Both the position numbers and the translations under genes were made by a program. The notes beneath the pieces were generated by a model. It was not told where the DNA came from. It saw nothing but the letters and a program-made list of their open reading frames with translations, and made no database searches. Shown here piece after piece: positions 10,913 through 21,096 of a stretch of DNA of 64,000 bases; within the stretch, counting starts at the first letter, position 1, and every line of letters begins with the position of its first letter. This DNA comes from an uncultured delta proteobacterium (GTDB taxonomy: Bacteria > Desulfobacterota > Binatia > UBA9968): NCBI GenBank assembly GCA_963804165.1, contig CAWDPO010000040.1, positions 1 to 64,000 on the forward strand. The letters are read 5' to 3'.

Positions 10913-10941
10913 TTGACTACTAAAATTACTTTTAGTAGCCT
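10913..10941 (+). promoter_or_regulatory. Sigma70-like promoter with overlapping palindromic operator, upstream of lexA
   Basis: TTGACT-N17-TAGCCT with CTACTAAAA-TTAC-TTTTAGTAG (10917-10938) spanning the spacer; ATG 6 nt after the -10. Confidence 0.7.
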
Positions 10942-10947
10942 TAGCCC

Positions 10948-11560
10948 ATGCTGATTCCGCTCACCGATAAGCAGAAAAAGATCTACAACTTTCTTTCCGT
11001 TAGCGTTCGCGAGCAGGGTTACGCCCCATCGATCCCGGAGATCGGCAACCGATTCAAAATAACTTCTACCCGCGGCGTCTTCGATCATTTAAAGGCACTG
11101 GAAAAGAAGGGCTACATCAAGCGGGTCGGTAGACGTGCCATCGAAATTACCAGTCCATCAGGTCGGTCAGCACTCCCCGAAGCGAAAGAAATTCCAATCG
11201 TTGGGCGTGTCAGGGCAGGTGCTCCGATTTTGGCTGAAGAGAACATCGAAGGTTTTCTGACCTGTGGCCAGCGACCTTGCTCGCGGCGAGGAATCGTTTG
11301 CCCTCAAGGTCAAAGGCGACAGCATGATTGAGGACGGCATTCTCGAAGGAGATCTGGTAATCATCAGGCGGCAAGAAACAGCGGTAAACGGCGATATCGT
11401 GTGCGCGTTGATCGGCAACGAAGCGACATTGAAAAGGTTTCAGCGGAAAGGGAATCAAATTACTTTGAAACCGGCAAACCCAAAATATGAACCGATCATC
11501 GTTTCGAAGGGTGAATTTCGCATCCTCGGAAAAGCTACTGGAGTGATAAGAAAGCTCTAG
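10948..11560 (+). CDS. lexA: LexA repressor, +1 frameshift near 11263
   Basis: wHTH (GYAPSIPEIG...HLKALEKKGYI), cleavage site VRAGAP, catalytic GDSM and ATLKR in the second frame. Confidence 0.9.
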
Positions 11561-11684
11561 GATGCTGCCGACAACGATCCAGATGCTTCGTTACTTTTCA
11601 TCGGCTCGCTTCAACGTACCGACTAGGTACGAGTCAGCTCGTCAATCTTTCGCGGCCTTGCATCTAAACGTTTTTCAACAGCCT
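11559..11684. repeat. 126-bp MITE/REP-like palindromic element, copy 2
   Basis: Shares TTCGTT...CTCGCT.CAACGTAC...GTACG...GCTCG...GCATCT...TTTTT with 5535-5660. Confidence 0.65.
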
Positions 11685-11724
11685 GCAAGGAGAGTTCTTC
11701 AGCGCAATGCTATGGAGATGCCTA

Positions 11725-14412
11725 ATGAACACAGCAAAGACATTGACAAAGCCATCGATTAGAGGAATCCCGTTCGAAATCCTTCGGGCCTACGGCATCG
11801 GGGATGAGATCATAAACATCTGGAAGGACTCCTATGGCGATTGTCTTCTGCCGATCCAAGAAAAGGCAATCGTTAAATACAATGTGCTCGGAGGAAAGAA
11901 TCTTATCATCTTTGCACCGACATCTTCTGGAAAGACATTGGTCGGCGAGATCGTTTCGGTTCACTATGCCATGGCCAAAAAGCGAGCGCTTTATCTCGTT
12001 CCGATGAAAGCATTGGCCGAGGAAAAGTATCATCACTTCCAAGAAATGTATGGCGAACTTGGCGTCGAGACCATCATTTCAACCCACGACCGTAAGGAAT
12101 ACGACCAGGATCTTGAGCGAAAAGAATTCGACATTGCCGTGGTCATATTTGAAAAGCTCAATGCTCTCCTCGTCAGTAACCCAAACCTGCTCCAGGGAAT
12201 TGGCTTGATCGTGATCGATGAGCTCCAGATGATGGGTGATGAAACGCGCGGAGCGGGGTTGGAGCTGTTGCTCACCAAAATACTTCTATCGCCTTACAAG
12301 CCACAGCTTCTTGGTCTTTCTGCTGTATTAGGCGACGGTGAAGATCTCGCGCGCTGGCTCAGGGCAGAGCTTCTGGTCGAGACCGGCAGGCCTGTGGAAC
12401 TGAGAAAGGGAGTTTTATCCAGAGGTGTTTTTAGCTACCTGGAGCATAACAGTGGCGCGGAAGGTGAGGAGAAATGGCCTCTGCCTGAGCCCGAGGAAGA
12501 AGGTCTCGCCGCCCTTCACGCGGCGAAATATTTCGCCGAAGCCAAGGACGAACAGAGCATTATTTTTCTCCCTGATAAACCGACAATGGAAACCTTGGGC
12601 GAAAAGCTCAAGGACATGGTTGATTTACCCCCGGCTACCGGTGCCATAGGAGAACTCAAATGCTTTGAGGAATCTTACTCCCGGGATCTGCTGCTGTCTT
12701 TTCTCTCCCACGGAATTGCCATCCATAACGCCGACTTGAGCTGGGAAGAACGAGACCTGGTCGAGAGATATTACCGTAAGGGAGAGATACGGATACTCCT
12801 TTCCACCTCCACACTCGCGATGGGAATCAACCTGCCGGCACGAAATGTCTTTATCCCGGAGAAAAAATGGAACACGCCGAGAACCGGCAACCAGCTCGCG
12901 ATGACGGACATCTCCAAGGCCGAGCATGAAAACATGGGCGGTCGGGCAGGAAGGCTAGGCTTTGTCGATGAATTTGGCAGAGCCATTCTCGTTACCTCGT
13001 CCCCGTTTCACAAGAAAACTTTCTACGATTACTACGTCAAAGGCGGCTTCGAGAAACTCAAGCCCGCCCTTAATGACCAAGATATCGATCTTTATTGTCT
13101 TGATCTCATTGCCTCCGGCATCTGTTCACATGAAGAAACGCTAAAGAACTTTCTTTTGTCCACCTACACGGGCGTTTCAAGCTGGAACGGAGTTGCCGGC
13201 AGAGATTTTAGAGAGGCCCTCGCCGAGCGCGTGCAAAAGATCATCGAGAAATGCCTGAATTGGGGACTCTTGAAGAGAGACGTCCAGGAAAGACTCCAGG
13301 TCACTGAGAGAGGAAAAGTAACGGCGCAGATGGGAATCTCCATCGACACCTGTCTTAACCTGATTAAATGGATGGATCTCTGCGATCCAGCGAGAGTTTC
13401 GGAACTAGAGGTACTGGTCGCCGCAGCGCTTACCGACGACGCCAAGGCCATCCATGTGCCGCTGCCGAAGGGAGAATTTCGGCGGTCCAAATACCGAAGC
13501 CTTTTCGCCCAAGAGGTCCAAAATCTTGGCGAGTCCGACAAGACACTGTTCAAGAGCATCCTCGGCCCTTCACACCGGCTTCAGTACGAGCAAGAGAGGG
13601 CGCTAAAAAAGGCGCTGGTCCTGTATCACTGGATTTCGTCAGCGCCGACCAAAGAGATCGAGGAAGCACATCATCTGTTCTTCGGCGCCATAAAAAAGAT
13701 GGGAGAGGAGTTTAGCTGGCTGGTCGAAGCGATCTCCACGTTGGCCAAGGCTGAAGGATGGCCGGAGCAGGTCATCAATAAAATGAATCTTCTCGGTCAG
13801 CGACTCAGCTTCGGCGTCGCCCCAGTAGCATTGGAAATTGCCAAGCTGAGGATTCCGGGACTCGGTCGTGGCTATATCTCCAGGTTAGTGAAAAACGGTT
13901 ACGACAGTTCGAAAGCCTTGGCGCAGGTTACGCAAGAAGATTTGGAGCATTTTCTTCCCGAAGATATTGCAAAAAAGATAGTGAAGAAGTTCACGCGCGT
14001 ACCACCTGGGACTCGGGAAAATCCTGGACCCAGGAAAAATCAGATCGACTCAGAATCCGTGCCGCTCCAAAGAAAGATAAGCGATGCCATCCTGGTCGTC
14101 GACGGCAGACATCCCGGGACCATCGAGTTTCGCGGTGAGAACGTGAGGCTTACCTCAAAGCAATTCTCGCTTCTCGCTGCCCTGGCTGAATCGCCGGGCA
14201 AATGCGTTTCTTACGACGCCATATACAAAAAACTGTGGGGTGACGACGTCGCGGTAGAGATGCAGCAGATCAGTTATCACAAGGCCCAACTGCTTAAGAA
14301 GATTCATCGCGTCGCGCCGAAGTCAGATGTGAAGGCTTTAATCACGCCGGTTTCGGGTGAAGGCATTGTCCTCAATCTCCGGCCAGATGAGATTAGCCGC
14401 GGGCGGGCGTAA
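11725..14412 (+). CDS. Ski2/Hel308-like SF2 helicase with C-terminal OmpR/PhoB-type winged helix
   Basis: APTSSGKT, PMKALAEEK, DELQ, LSA, STLAMGINLPA, MGGRAGR; HhH IPGLGRG; tail VRLTSKQFSLLAALAESPGKCVSYDAIYKKLWG...ITPVSGEG. Confidence 0.85.
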   Translation: MNTAKTLTKPSIRGIPFEILRAYGIGDEIINIWKDSYGDCLLPIQEKAIVKYNVLGGKNLIIFAPTSSGKTLVGEIVSVHYAMAKKRALYLVPMKALAEEKYHHFQEMYGELGVETIISTHDRKEYDQDLERKEFDIAVVIFEKLNALLVSNPNLLQGIGLIVIDELQMMGDETRGAGLELLLTKILLSPYKPQLLGLSAVLGDGEDLARWLRAELLVETGRPVELRKGVLSRGVFSYLEHNSGAEGEEKWPLPEPEEEGLAALHAAKYFAEAKDEQSIIFLPDKPTMETLGEKLKDMVDLPPATGAIGELKCFEESYSRDLLLSFLSHGIAIHNADLSWEERDLVERYYRKGEIRILLSTSTLAMGINLPARNVFIPEKKWNTPRTGNQLAMTDISKAEHENMGGRAGRLGFVDEFGRAILVTSSPFHKKTFYDYYVKGGFEKLKPALNDQDIDLYCLDLIASGICSHEETLKNFLLSTYTGVSSWNGVAGRDFREALAERVQKIIEKCLNWGLLKRDVQERLQVTERGKVTAQMGISIDTCLNLIKWMDLCDPARVSELEVLVAAALTDDAKAIHVPLPKGEFRRSKYRSLFAQEVQNLGESDKTLFKSILGPSHRLQYEQERALKKALVLYHWISSAPTKEIEEAHHLFFGAIKKMGEEFSWLVEAISTLAKAEGWPEQVINKMNLLGQRLSFGVAPVALEIAKLRIPGLGRGYISRLVKNGYDSSKALAQVTQEDLEHFLPEDIAKKIVKKFTRVPPGTRENPGPRKNQIDSESVPLQRKISDAILVVDGRHPGTIEFRGENVRLTSKQFSLLAALAESPGKCVSYDAIYKKLWGDDVAVEMQQISYHKAQLLKKIHRVAPKSDVKALITPVSGEGIVLNLRPDEISRGRA

Positions 14413-14575
14413 GGCGTATCGAATTCAGATTTTTCTGGATTGCTTCTGAGATCCGAATCGTTGCAAGTTACTTTCGTCTGAATCTGCTTTCGGTGCGTCA
14501 GCGCGCCTAATCCAGTCAGAAAAATTCCCAGGAAAACACCATCCTGTCTAAGATACTTCTGAGATCCTAAATCCC

Positions 14576-14607
14576 TAAAATCGCCCCCAGAACTAGGGGC
14601 GATTTTA
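14576..14607. promoter_or_regulatory. 12-bp perfect inverted repeat upstream of the 14630 ORF
   Basis: TAAAATCGCCCC-CAGAACTA-GGGGCGATTTTA. Confidence 0.5.
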
Positions 14608-14629
14608 TGCAGAAAAGGGGGATTCAGGA

Positions 14630-14920
14630 ATGATCGATATCAATTACAGTCTTGAAACATTGACAGGGAAACACGGAAGTCTTTTGGAGGTCGTCGAGGC
14701 GATAGTCTCCGATGGCAGGCTCATCGTGATTTTGACGGACGAAGACGTGCTGCAAAGGCGCGATGCCCCATTGAAGGCTATCTTCTATCGTGTGGTCTTG
14801 CCGCTCGCGCAGGCGACGGTGAACATTAAAGGAGAAGCATTCGGGCTCGTCCAGGAGAGTCTCAAATTTTCGGAGGATGGCAGAGGCTTGGAAAACCTGG
14901 TGCGCGAGGTAGGGAGGTAA
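14630..14920 (+). CDS. Hypothetical protein, 96 aa
   Basis: Purine-rich RBS; first of three closely coupled ORFs. Confidence 0.65.
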   Translation: MIDINYSLETLTGKHGSLLEVVEAIVSDGRLIVILTDEDVLQRRDAPLKAIFYRVVLPLAQATVNIKGEAFGLVQESLKFSEDGRGLENLVREVGR

Positions 14921-14924
14921 ACTC

Positions 14925-15425
14925 ATGTCATCCAAAACAAAATTGCTAGATGAGCAGGGGCTAATCGATCTGGCTCGACAAGCGATCGAGGATCTTCGAA
15001 ATGACGGAGTTTCTCCGACAGAACTGAAGCGCCTGGAGACCGTTCTCAGGGAAGGAAATATTGGAGAGGCGTTTATTGTCGCTAGCGTCCTACGAACCGT
15101 CCTTAATGAGATTGCACCGGACGCATCGCACAAGAAACTTTTGCGGCTCTATCGCCGATTGGAGGAATGCTGCCACGTGCTTGTTGAGATTAGTCGAAAC
15201 CTGGTTGATGTCGAAGCGTGGCAACATTATCGCGCATCCGGTTACGAGAGCTTTGAGTCGTACTGTGAGAAAGAGTTAGGAGTAGCCCCGTCAAGGATCG
15301 AAGGCCTAAAGCTTATCAAAGACCGGCGCTTGCCGCGCCCGGGAAAGGGCGGCGCAGCGGATCTCTTTTGTTGGTTTTTTGATGTGATCCAAGATCTGAG
15401 CAGAGGAATTTCAAGACCGTCATGA
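14925..15425 (+). CDS. Hypothetical helical protein, possible DNA-binding
   Basis: RBS GGAGG; GYESFESYCEKELG motif seen in small HTH proteins of mobile elements. Confidence 0.65.
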   Translation: MSSKTKLLDEQGLIDLARQAIEDLRNDGVSPTELKRLETVLREGNIGEAFIVASVLRTVLNEIAPDASHKKLLRLYRRLEECCHVLVEISRNLVDVEAWQHYRASGYESFESYCEKELGVAPSRIEGLKLIKDRRLPRPGKGGAADLFCWFFDVIQDLSRGISRPS

Positions 15426-15928
15426 ATAAGCCTAGGTGCTGCAATAATATTCATGTGGATCCCAATGCGGCCATGAGCGTGGGCCTTTCGCAATACCACT
15501 TTTCAACACCAGAAATTCGGCTCCTGATGAGGCATGTTCTAGGCCATGCAATCTCAGGCCGAACTATAAAGCGCATGGTCAAATCAGCGGGACGCCGATT
15601 AAAACGGGGCCGTCCGCCGACGACACCAAGAGTTCACAAAAAATGCGTTAACGGCCTTATAGCGGTATGCAGCGAAGGCCTGGGTTTATTTGACGGCAAC
15701 GCGCTACATTTTTTGAACCATATCGAAGTCCAATTCGGTCTTAGCCCGCGTCAGTACCTGAAATGGGTAATCCGATACATGCGCCGCGGAAGGTGCATGA
15801 TGCGGAAATGTCTGCTGTGTGGCGACTTGTTCCCTTCCTTGCATTCCGGGGAAAGACATTGCCGGGCATGTCAGGGCGGCAGGCGACGTCTTGTGAACGA
15901 AGAGCGTCAATCTTCTTTTGAGTTATAA
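15422..15928 (+). CDS. Zn-ribbon protein, possibly an FlhC/SetC/AcaC-like activator
   Basis: ATGA overlap with the upstream ORF; HTH-like segment, RGRPP, C-terminal CLLC-x13-CRAC. Confidence 0.55.
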   Translation: MNKPRCCNNIHVDPNAAMSVGLSQYHFSTPEIRLLMRHVLGHAISGRTIKRMVKSAGRRLKRGRPPTTPRVHKKCVNGLIAVCSEGLGLFDGNALHFLNHIEVQFGLSPRQYLKWVIRYMRRGRCMMRKCLLCGDLFPSLHSGERHCRACQGGRRRLVNEERQSSFEL

Positions 15929-16052
15929 TGATTTCCGCTTGTTATTTCGGATTTATCTAAATTGTGCCACCGATGCACTGATTTTTCCCGTTTGATCGAC
16001 TAAATCGCCTAACCCTAGTGTGCATAATGGGTTCCACAGAGGTGTAACGACG

Positions 16053-16283
16053 ATGCACACGATTCTGAGACTTCCGGATGTGAAGCGAAGCACAGGGCTT
16101 TCGCGTAGCACAATTTATTTGCGCATTACGCAAGGCACTTTCCCTAAGCCAGTGAGCCTGGGCGGGCGCGCCGTGGGCTGGTTGGAAGCTGAAGTCCAAC
16201 AATGGTTACAGCGACGAATTGAGGCGAGTCGCAGTGAAAGCATCGGTGCGGGGGCAACTTTGGGGGCACCACGCAATGTCTAA
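16053..16283 (+). CDS. alpA: AlpA-family regulator / probable excisionase
   Basis: ILRLPDVKRSTGLSRSTIY...FPKPVSLGGRAVGWLEAEV. Confidence 0.92.
   Translation: MHTILRLPDVKRSTGLSRSTIYLRITQGTFPKPVSLGGRAVGWLEAEVQQWLQRRIEASRSESIGAGATLGAPRNV
16252..16268 (+). repeat. 17-bp direct repeat (integrase arm-site-like), copy 1
   Basis: GGGCAACTTTGGGGGCA is identical to 57298-57314. Confidence 0.65.
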
Positions 16284-16591
16284 ACTGAAAACTATTAGAA
16301 CTCACCAGTGCTTACAGCAATAATGTGGTTGCTCGATGAACATTCGTGTTTAAATGGACTCGTCGAAAGCCTATAGGCGAATTTGATTCGCCGGAATAAA
16401 TGAATTTTGCTAAAAGTTAGCTGCTCTACAAACGCGCGTTGCACCGCACGGTGGTCGGCGGCATTGTATGACGTGAACCGGGTTTGAAGGCCAACGGCAC
16501 ACGCGGGTCAGAGTTTCTCAGAAACCGCATGTTGACAGAGCCGTCGCAGAGATAAAGGCGAACCTGCGCCGCACCACAAAGGATCGCTCAA

Positions 16592-17379
16592 ATGCCGAAA
16601 TCATCGATACAAAAGTTGTTTACAGTTGTACTCGTACTCAATTTCGTGATTTCAGCTGGGTGTGCCCAACTTTCGCGTGAGCGAGACCCGCAAGCGGAAA
16701 TCGGCTTCATAGACATCAATTCCGACATGAAGCTCAGAAGAATGATTGTTCACAACGCGCGAGACCGAAAGGCGTTGTGCTCTTCCTGCATGGCTTTCCT
16801 GAGACTCTGTATGCCTGGAAGCACATCTCCGTGATTCTCGCCAGAGACCACGAAGTACATGCTTTTGATTGGCCGGGCTACGGTCTTTCCTCGAGACCGC
16901 CTGCTGATCAATTTTCTTATGCGCCCAAAGACTATGCGCACGTTCTGAAGGAATACATCACGAAATCAGGCATTGATACTTCAAAGCTCGTGATCTATGC
17001 CACGGATATCGGCGCCTTGCCCGCCCTTATTGTTGCTTTAGACGAACCCAACTTCGCGAAAAAAATGATTGTCGGTGATTTCGCCCCGTTTGATAGACCT
17101 CAGTACATGCATGCCACTTTACAAAGCCTGAAATCCAAGCCTTCTTCTGACCGCACTCGCGACCACATGAACAACACTCGCGATGAAATTCTGGAGAATG
17201 CCTTCCGAAGAGGGTTGTCCAGGGATGAGCAGTTTGAACTTTCTCAGGAATTCCGAGATGACATGTTTAGAGGATGGAGCCAAGACAACATGACATCCGC
17301 GGACGCCTTCTATCATTACTATTCACACTTCACCAGGGACCAGAACTATTTTGAGCCACAAGCAGCACGTCCTGGCTGA
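16592..17379 (+). pseudogene. Exported alpha/beta hydrolase, frameshifted and 3'-truncated
   Basis: Lipobox SAGC in the first frame; FLHGFPET and DWPGYG in the second; catalytic His region missing. Confidence 0.7.
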
Positions 17380-17577
17380 TCGCCGTTAAGTTCTTCAGGT
17401 CGATCACGAAGTTTTGAAGGTCCGCTCTGGCCTTTTCGCGAGCAACTCTTAGCTCGGTGACCAGCGAGCGAGGCGCTTACCCTCCAAAATCAACCAGCGC
17501 TCACTGCGGCTCTCGACAGCGGAGGTCTTCACACGCGGCTTGGTTCCTGATGGACATGTCTCGTATCTGCTAAACCG

Positions 17578-18024
17578 CTAGACCGTGCCGCGCATCGATT
17601 TGAGTTCCACGCGACATGCCTCGCCGAACGACTTGAGTGGATCGGGGCCATGCGACTGAACGAGCATGCGGATTTCTTCGATCGAAAGGTTGGGCGAGTA
17701 GTATTGTTCCGTGATCCGTTTCAACATCAGTTCCGCTTCCGCAAGAACCGCGTCGGACGCGCAAAGCCGAATGCGATTGACCACCTCATAGACGGGCAAC
17801 AACGTCTCCGGCTTGTCCAATGTATGCGTAAACGAGTCCACGACGAGTTTGGAGCATTCGCGAATAAACTCTCCGTAAAGCGTTTGGCGCATACGGATCT
17901 CCGCACCAAGCAGCTCACGCTTACTGAGCGTCCTTTGGGTAACCCAGGCGGTTGCGATGGTGGCGGAGCCGCCCACAAGCGATCCAAGCACGGCGGCCAT
18001 GGCACTAACGATGGCGGGATCCAT
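17578..18024 (-). CDS. Hypothetical membrane-anchored protein
   Basis: N-terminal hydrophobic segment; RBS GAGG. Confidence 0.7.
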   Translation of the reverse strand: MDPAIVSAMAAVLGSLVGGSATIATAWVTQRTLSKRELLGAEIRMRQTLYGEFIRECSKLVVDSFTHTLDKPETLLPVYEVVNRIRLCASDAVLAEAELMLKRITEQYYSPNLSIEEIRMLVQSHGPDPLKSFGEACRVELKSMRGTV

Positions 18025-18580
18025 TGCTTACCCTCCGCTCGCGATATGGCTAGAAAGGCAGGTTGTACAGTTAAGAACAATGTTCTGTCAAACTCATCAG
18101 AGGAAGAGGTCTGAATTGCGCATAAAGCTCCGGATTTATGCCAAGCTCTTTCATCAGATAGGAGGTGCGTTCGATTACGCCAGGCGCGCTGGCCCAGTCA
18201 GCGCCAACCACACGGCCATGCTTTCCAAGATCTCCTTGCGTTGCTTTTTCGCATGTCCGCGATCACAAATTTCTAGTTTCAACAGTTCGCGCCGATCAAG
18301 ACCTGTTCGAATTGATTCCCGTAGGTAGCGGCTTTCTTACGCTTGCAAAAAACCAACCGATCTTGTCGCAATATTGGGAAAATAAATTATTTCAATGATC
18401 AGGAATTCTGCTACAAGTTCTTCTTGTCTTCGCGTTTTTCTCTGTCTCCGCTGCTGCTTACTAAGAGATAACCTTACCAACGGCGATGTACCTTTTTAGT
18501 CATATTCTGGTATACGGGTTGCTGACGCGAAGACATGTAGGCTAAAGTCTGTACCCTGATTGCCAGTGGAAAGATACGAA

Positions 18581-20801
18581 ATGAGTTCCGAGGATCTTGA
18601 CCTCGCCACCAAGCGTGAGCAGGACCAGAGTTTAGAGGAGTTGAGGCTAAGCGAGTTCTATCTCGCCGAATCCCAGCGGCTTGCGCACATGGGGAGTTGG
18701 TCTTTCACGGCCGATGGAAAACGCGAATACTGGTCCGCCGAGCATTTTAACATTCTCGGTTGTGACCCAGCTCGTGGCGTACCCCCGATTCCGGAGTTTC
18801 TGAACAACATTGTGCATCCTGACGATCGCGAGCGCATCAAAGGCGAGATCGAGAGAATGGTCGCGAAAGGTGAAGGATGTGACGAAAAGTTTCGGATCCT
18901 ACACCCGCAACGCGGGGTTCGATTCGTGCGCAGCGTGGGCATTCCCGTGTTCGAGGACGGGGTAGTCACACGTTTCGCCGGCACGATCATGGATATCACC
19001 GAAGAGGAAACGCTCACGCAGGAACTCAAGCGGAGCGAGGCTTATTTGGCTGAAGCGCAGAGTTTGAGCCAGACGGGCAGTTTCGGCTGGGTTGTGTCCA
19101 CTGGGGAAATTTTCTGGTCTGAGGAAACGTTTCGGATTTTTGAATACGACCCTGCGACCAAACCGACAGTAGAACTTGTACTGCAGCGGACACATCCCGA
19201 GGACAAAGATTTTGTCCGGTGGGTGATCGATCGTGCAGCCCAGGGAGGGAAACGATTTTGATATCGAACATCGATTACTGATGCCGGACAAACGCATCAA
19301 ATACCTGCATGTCATCGCCCACCGGCGTAGCGACAATTCCGAAAATCTCGAATTCATAGGCGCGGTCAGAGACGTCACGGCGGCGAAGACTGCGCAACGC
19401 AAACTCAAAGAGGACGAAGCAGAGCTCCGGCAGTTGATCAATTTTGTTCCCGAGCACGTTTTCGTTATGGATGCTGATGGCAATCGCCTGTACGAGAATC
19501 AGGCGATGCGGGAATATTTCGGGACAAGCTTGGACGGACATTCCGGCGAAGGACTTCTATCGGAAGTTTGTTCATCCCGATGATGTGGCGAGTGGCGCAT
19601 TAGACGAACGCGAGCGTGCCGTCGCGCGTGGCGCTCCATGGGAAGGAGAGCTGCGGTTACGGCGCAAAGATGGTGAGTACCGGTGGTTTTTGATCCGTTC
19701 CAACCCGCTGCGAGACGAACACGGAAAGGTCATCCGACGCTACGCAACGGCGACCGATATTGATGATCGAAAGCGGGCGGAAGAGCGGGTTCAAAAAGAA
19801 AACGTCGCATTGCGCGAAGAAATCGACAAAGCCTCGATGTTCGAGGAAATCGTCGGCTCTTCCGCCGCCCTGAAAGAGGTGCTTTCTCGCGTATCTCAGG
19901 TCGCGCCGACAGATGCCACGGTGCTGCTCACGGGTGAAACCGGGACGGGAAAGGAACTCATCGCTCGTGCGATCCACAAACGGTCACAGCGCTCCGCGAA
20001 AGCTTTTGTCACTGTGAACTGCGCAGCGATACCCCAGACCCTAATCGGCTCGGAATTATTCGGCCATGAGAAAGGAGCATTTACCGGTGCCCTGCAGCGG
20101 CGTATGGGCCGATTTGAACTCGCCGAAGGAGGGACGATTTTCCTCGATGAAATCGGCGAACTTCCGGCGGAAATGCAAAGCGCTCTTTTGCGCGTTCTCC
20201 AGGAGCAGGAATTCGAGCGTGTCGGCGGAACTCAAACGATCCGCGCCGATGTTCGGGTGATTGCAGCTACTAATCGCGACCTGAAGGCTGCCATGACTGA
20301 ACGGGACGTTTCGGAGCGATCTCTACTATCGGCTTCAGGTGTTTCCGATAGAGATTCCGCCGCTGCGCGAGCGCAAAGAAGATATTCCCCTGCTGGTCGA
20401 GTACTTCATCGATCGTTATGCCAGCAAGATGGGCAAAAAAATCCGAAGCATCAATCAGAAGTCGTTGGAGTTGCTTCGGTCTTACTCTGGCCGGGCAATA
20501 TTCGCGAATTGCAGAAATGTGTGGAACGGGCGGTCATTGTTTCTGAAGGCGACGTTCTGTCGATTGACGAGAGCTGGTTGTCTGCAGAGTCCGCGCACAG
20601 CTGAACCGGCAACGGAAGCGGTTTCCAAGCTACCGCCGGGATCGGGAGAAAGAGATCATCGAAGCCGCCCTGGCTGAAACTCAAGGGCGAGTATCGGGAC
20701 CTTCCGGTGCGGCAAGAAAACTCGGCATTCCGTCCACGACTCTGGAATCAAGAATCCGATCATTGAAGATCAACAAGCATCGCTTCAAAGCCCTCGACTA
20801 A
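18581..20801 (+). CDS. Multi-PAS sigma54 enhancer-binding protein (several frameshifts)
   Basis: Three PAS/PAC repeats, [29 protein letters not shown], Fis-type [19 protein letters not shown] ending TAA at 20801. Confidence 0.88.
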
Positions 20802-20974
20802 CCTAGCAGGTTCCAGCAGTTCAAGCCGTTCAAATCGTCAGAGGCTGCGCCACTCCTCGCCCTGTGCTGCTCCGGCGCCCCGTTTGGCTCAATCCCCAGT
20901 TTTACTCATCCTGGTACTGCTCAGTTGATCGCGAGTTGCGGACTCGCGTTCATTGACCGCTAAGAAAAGAAAAT

Positions 20975-21071
20975 CACTTTTCACGAAACTCGTTAATTTG
21001 CGAGTTCTTCGTCACGCTCCTCTTGCATAACCGTCAACATATTAATCGGTTGCGAATGGCACTGACATTGC
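20975..21071 (+). promoter_or_regulatory. Sigma54 promoter module 1 (UAS palindrome, IHF-like site, -24/-12)
   Basis: ACTCGTTAATTTGCGAGT at 20988-21005; TGGCAC-TGACA-TTGC at 21057-21071. Confidence 0.8.
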
Positions 21072-21096
21072 GCATTCGAAGCGACGTGTCTCTAGG

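Noticed and set aside
11250-11275. Programmed frameshift in lexA (and similarly in traC)
   Set aside because: No convincing slippery site at the shift, and similar indels affect many unrelated neighbours.
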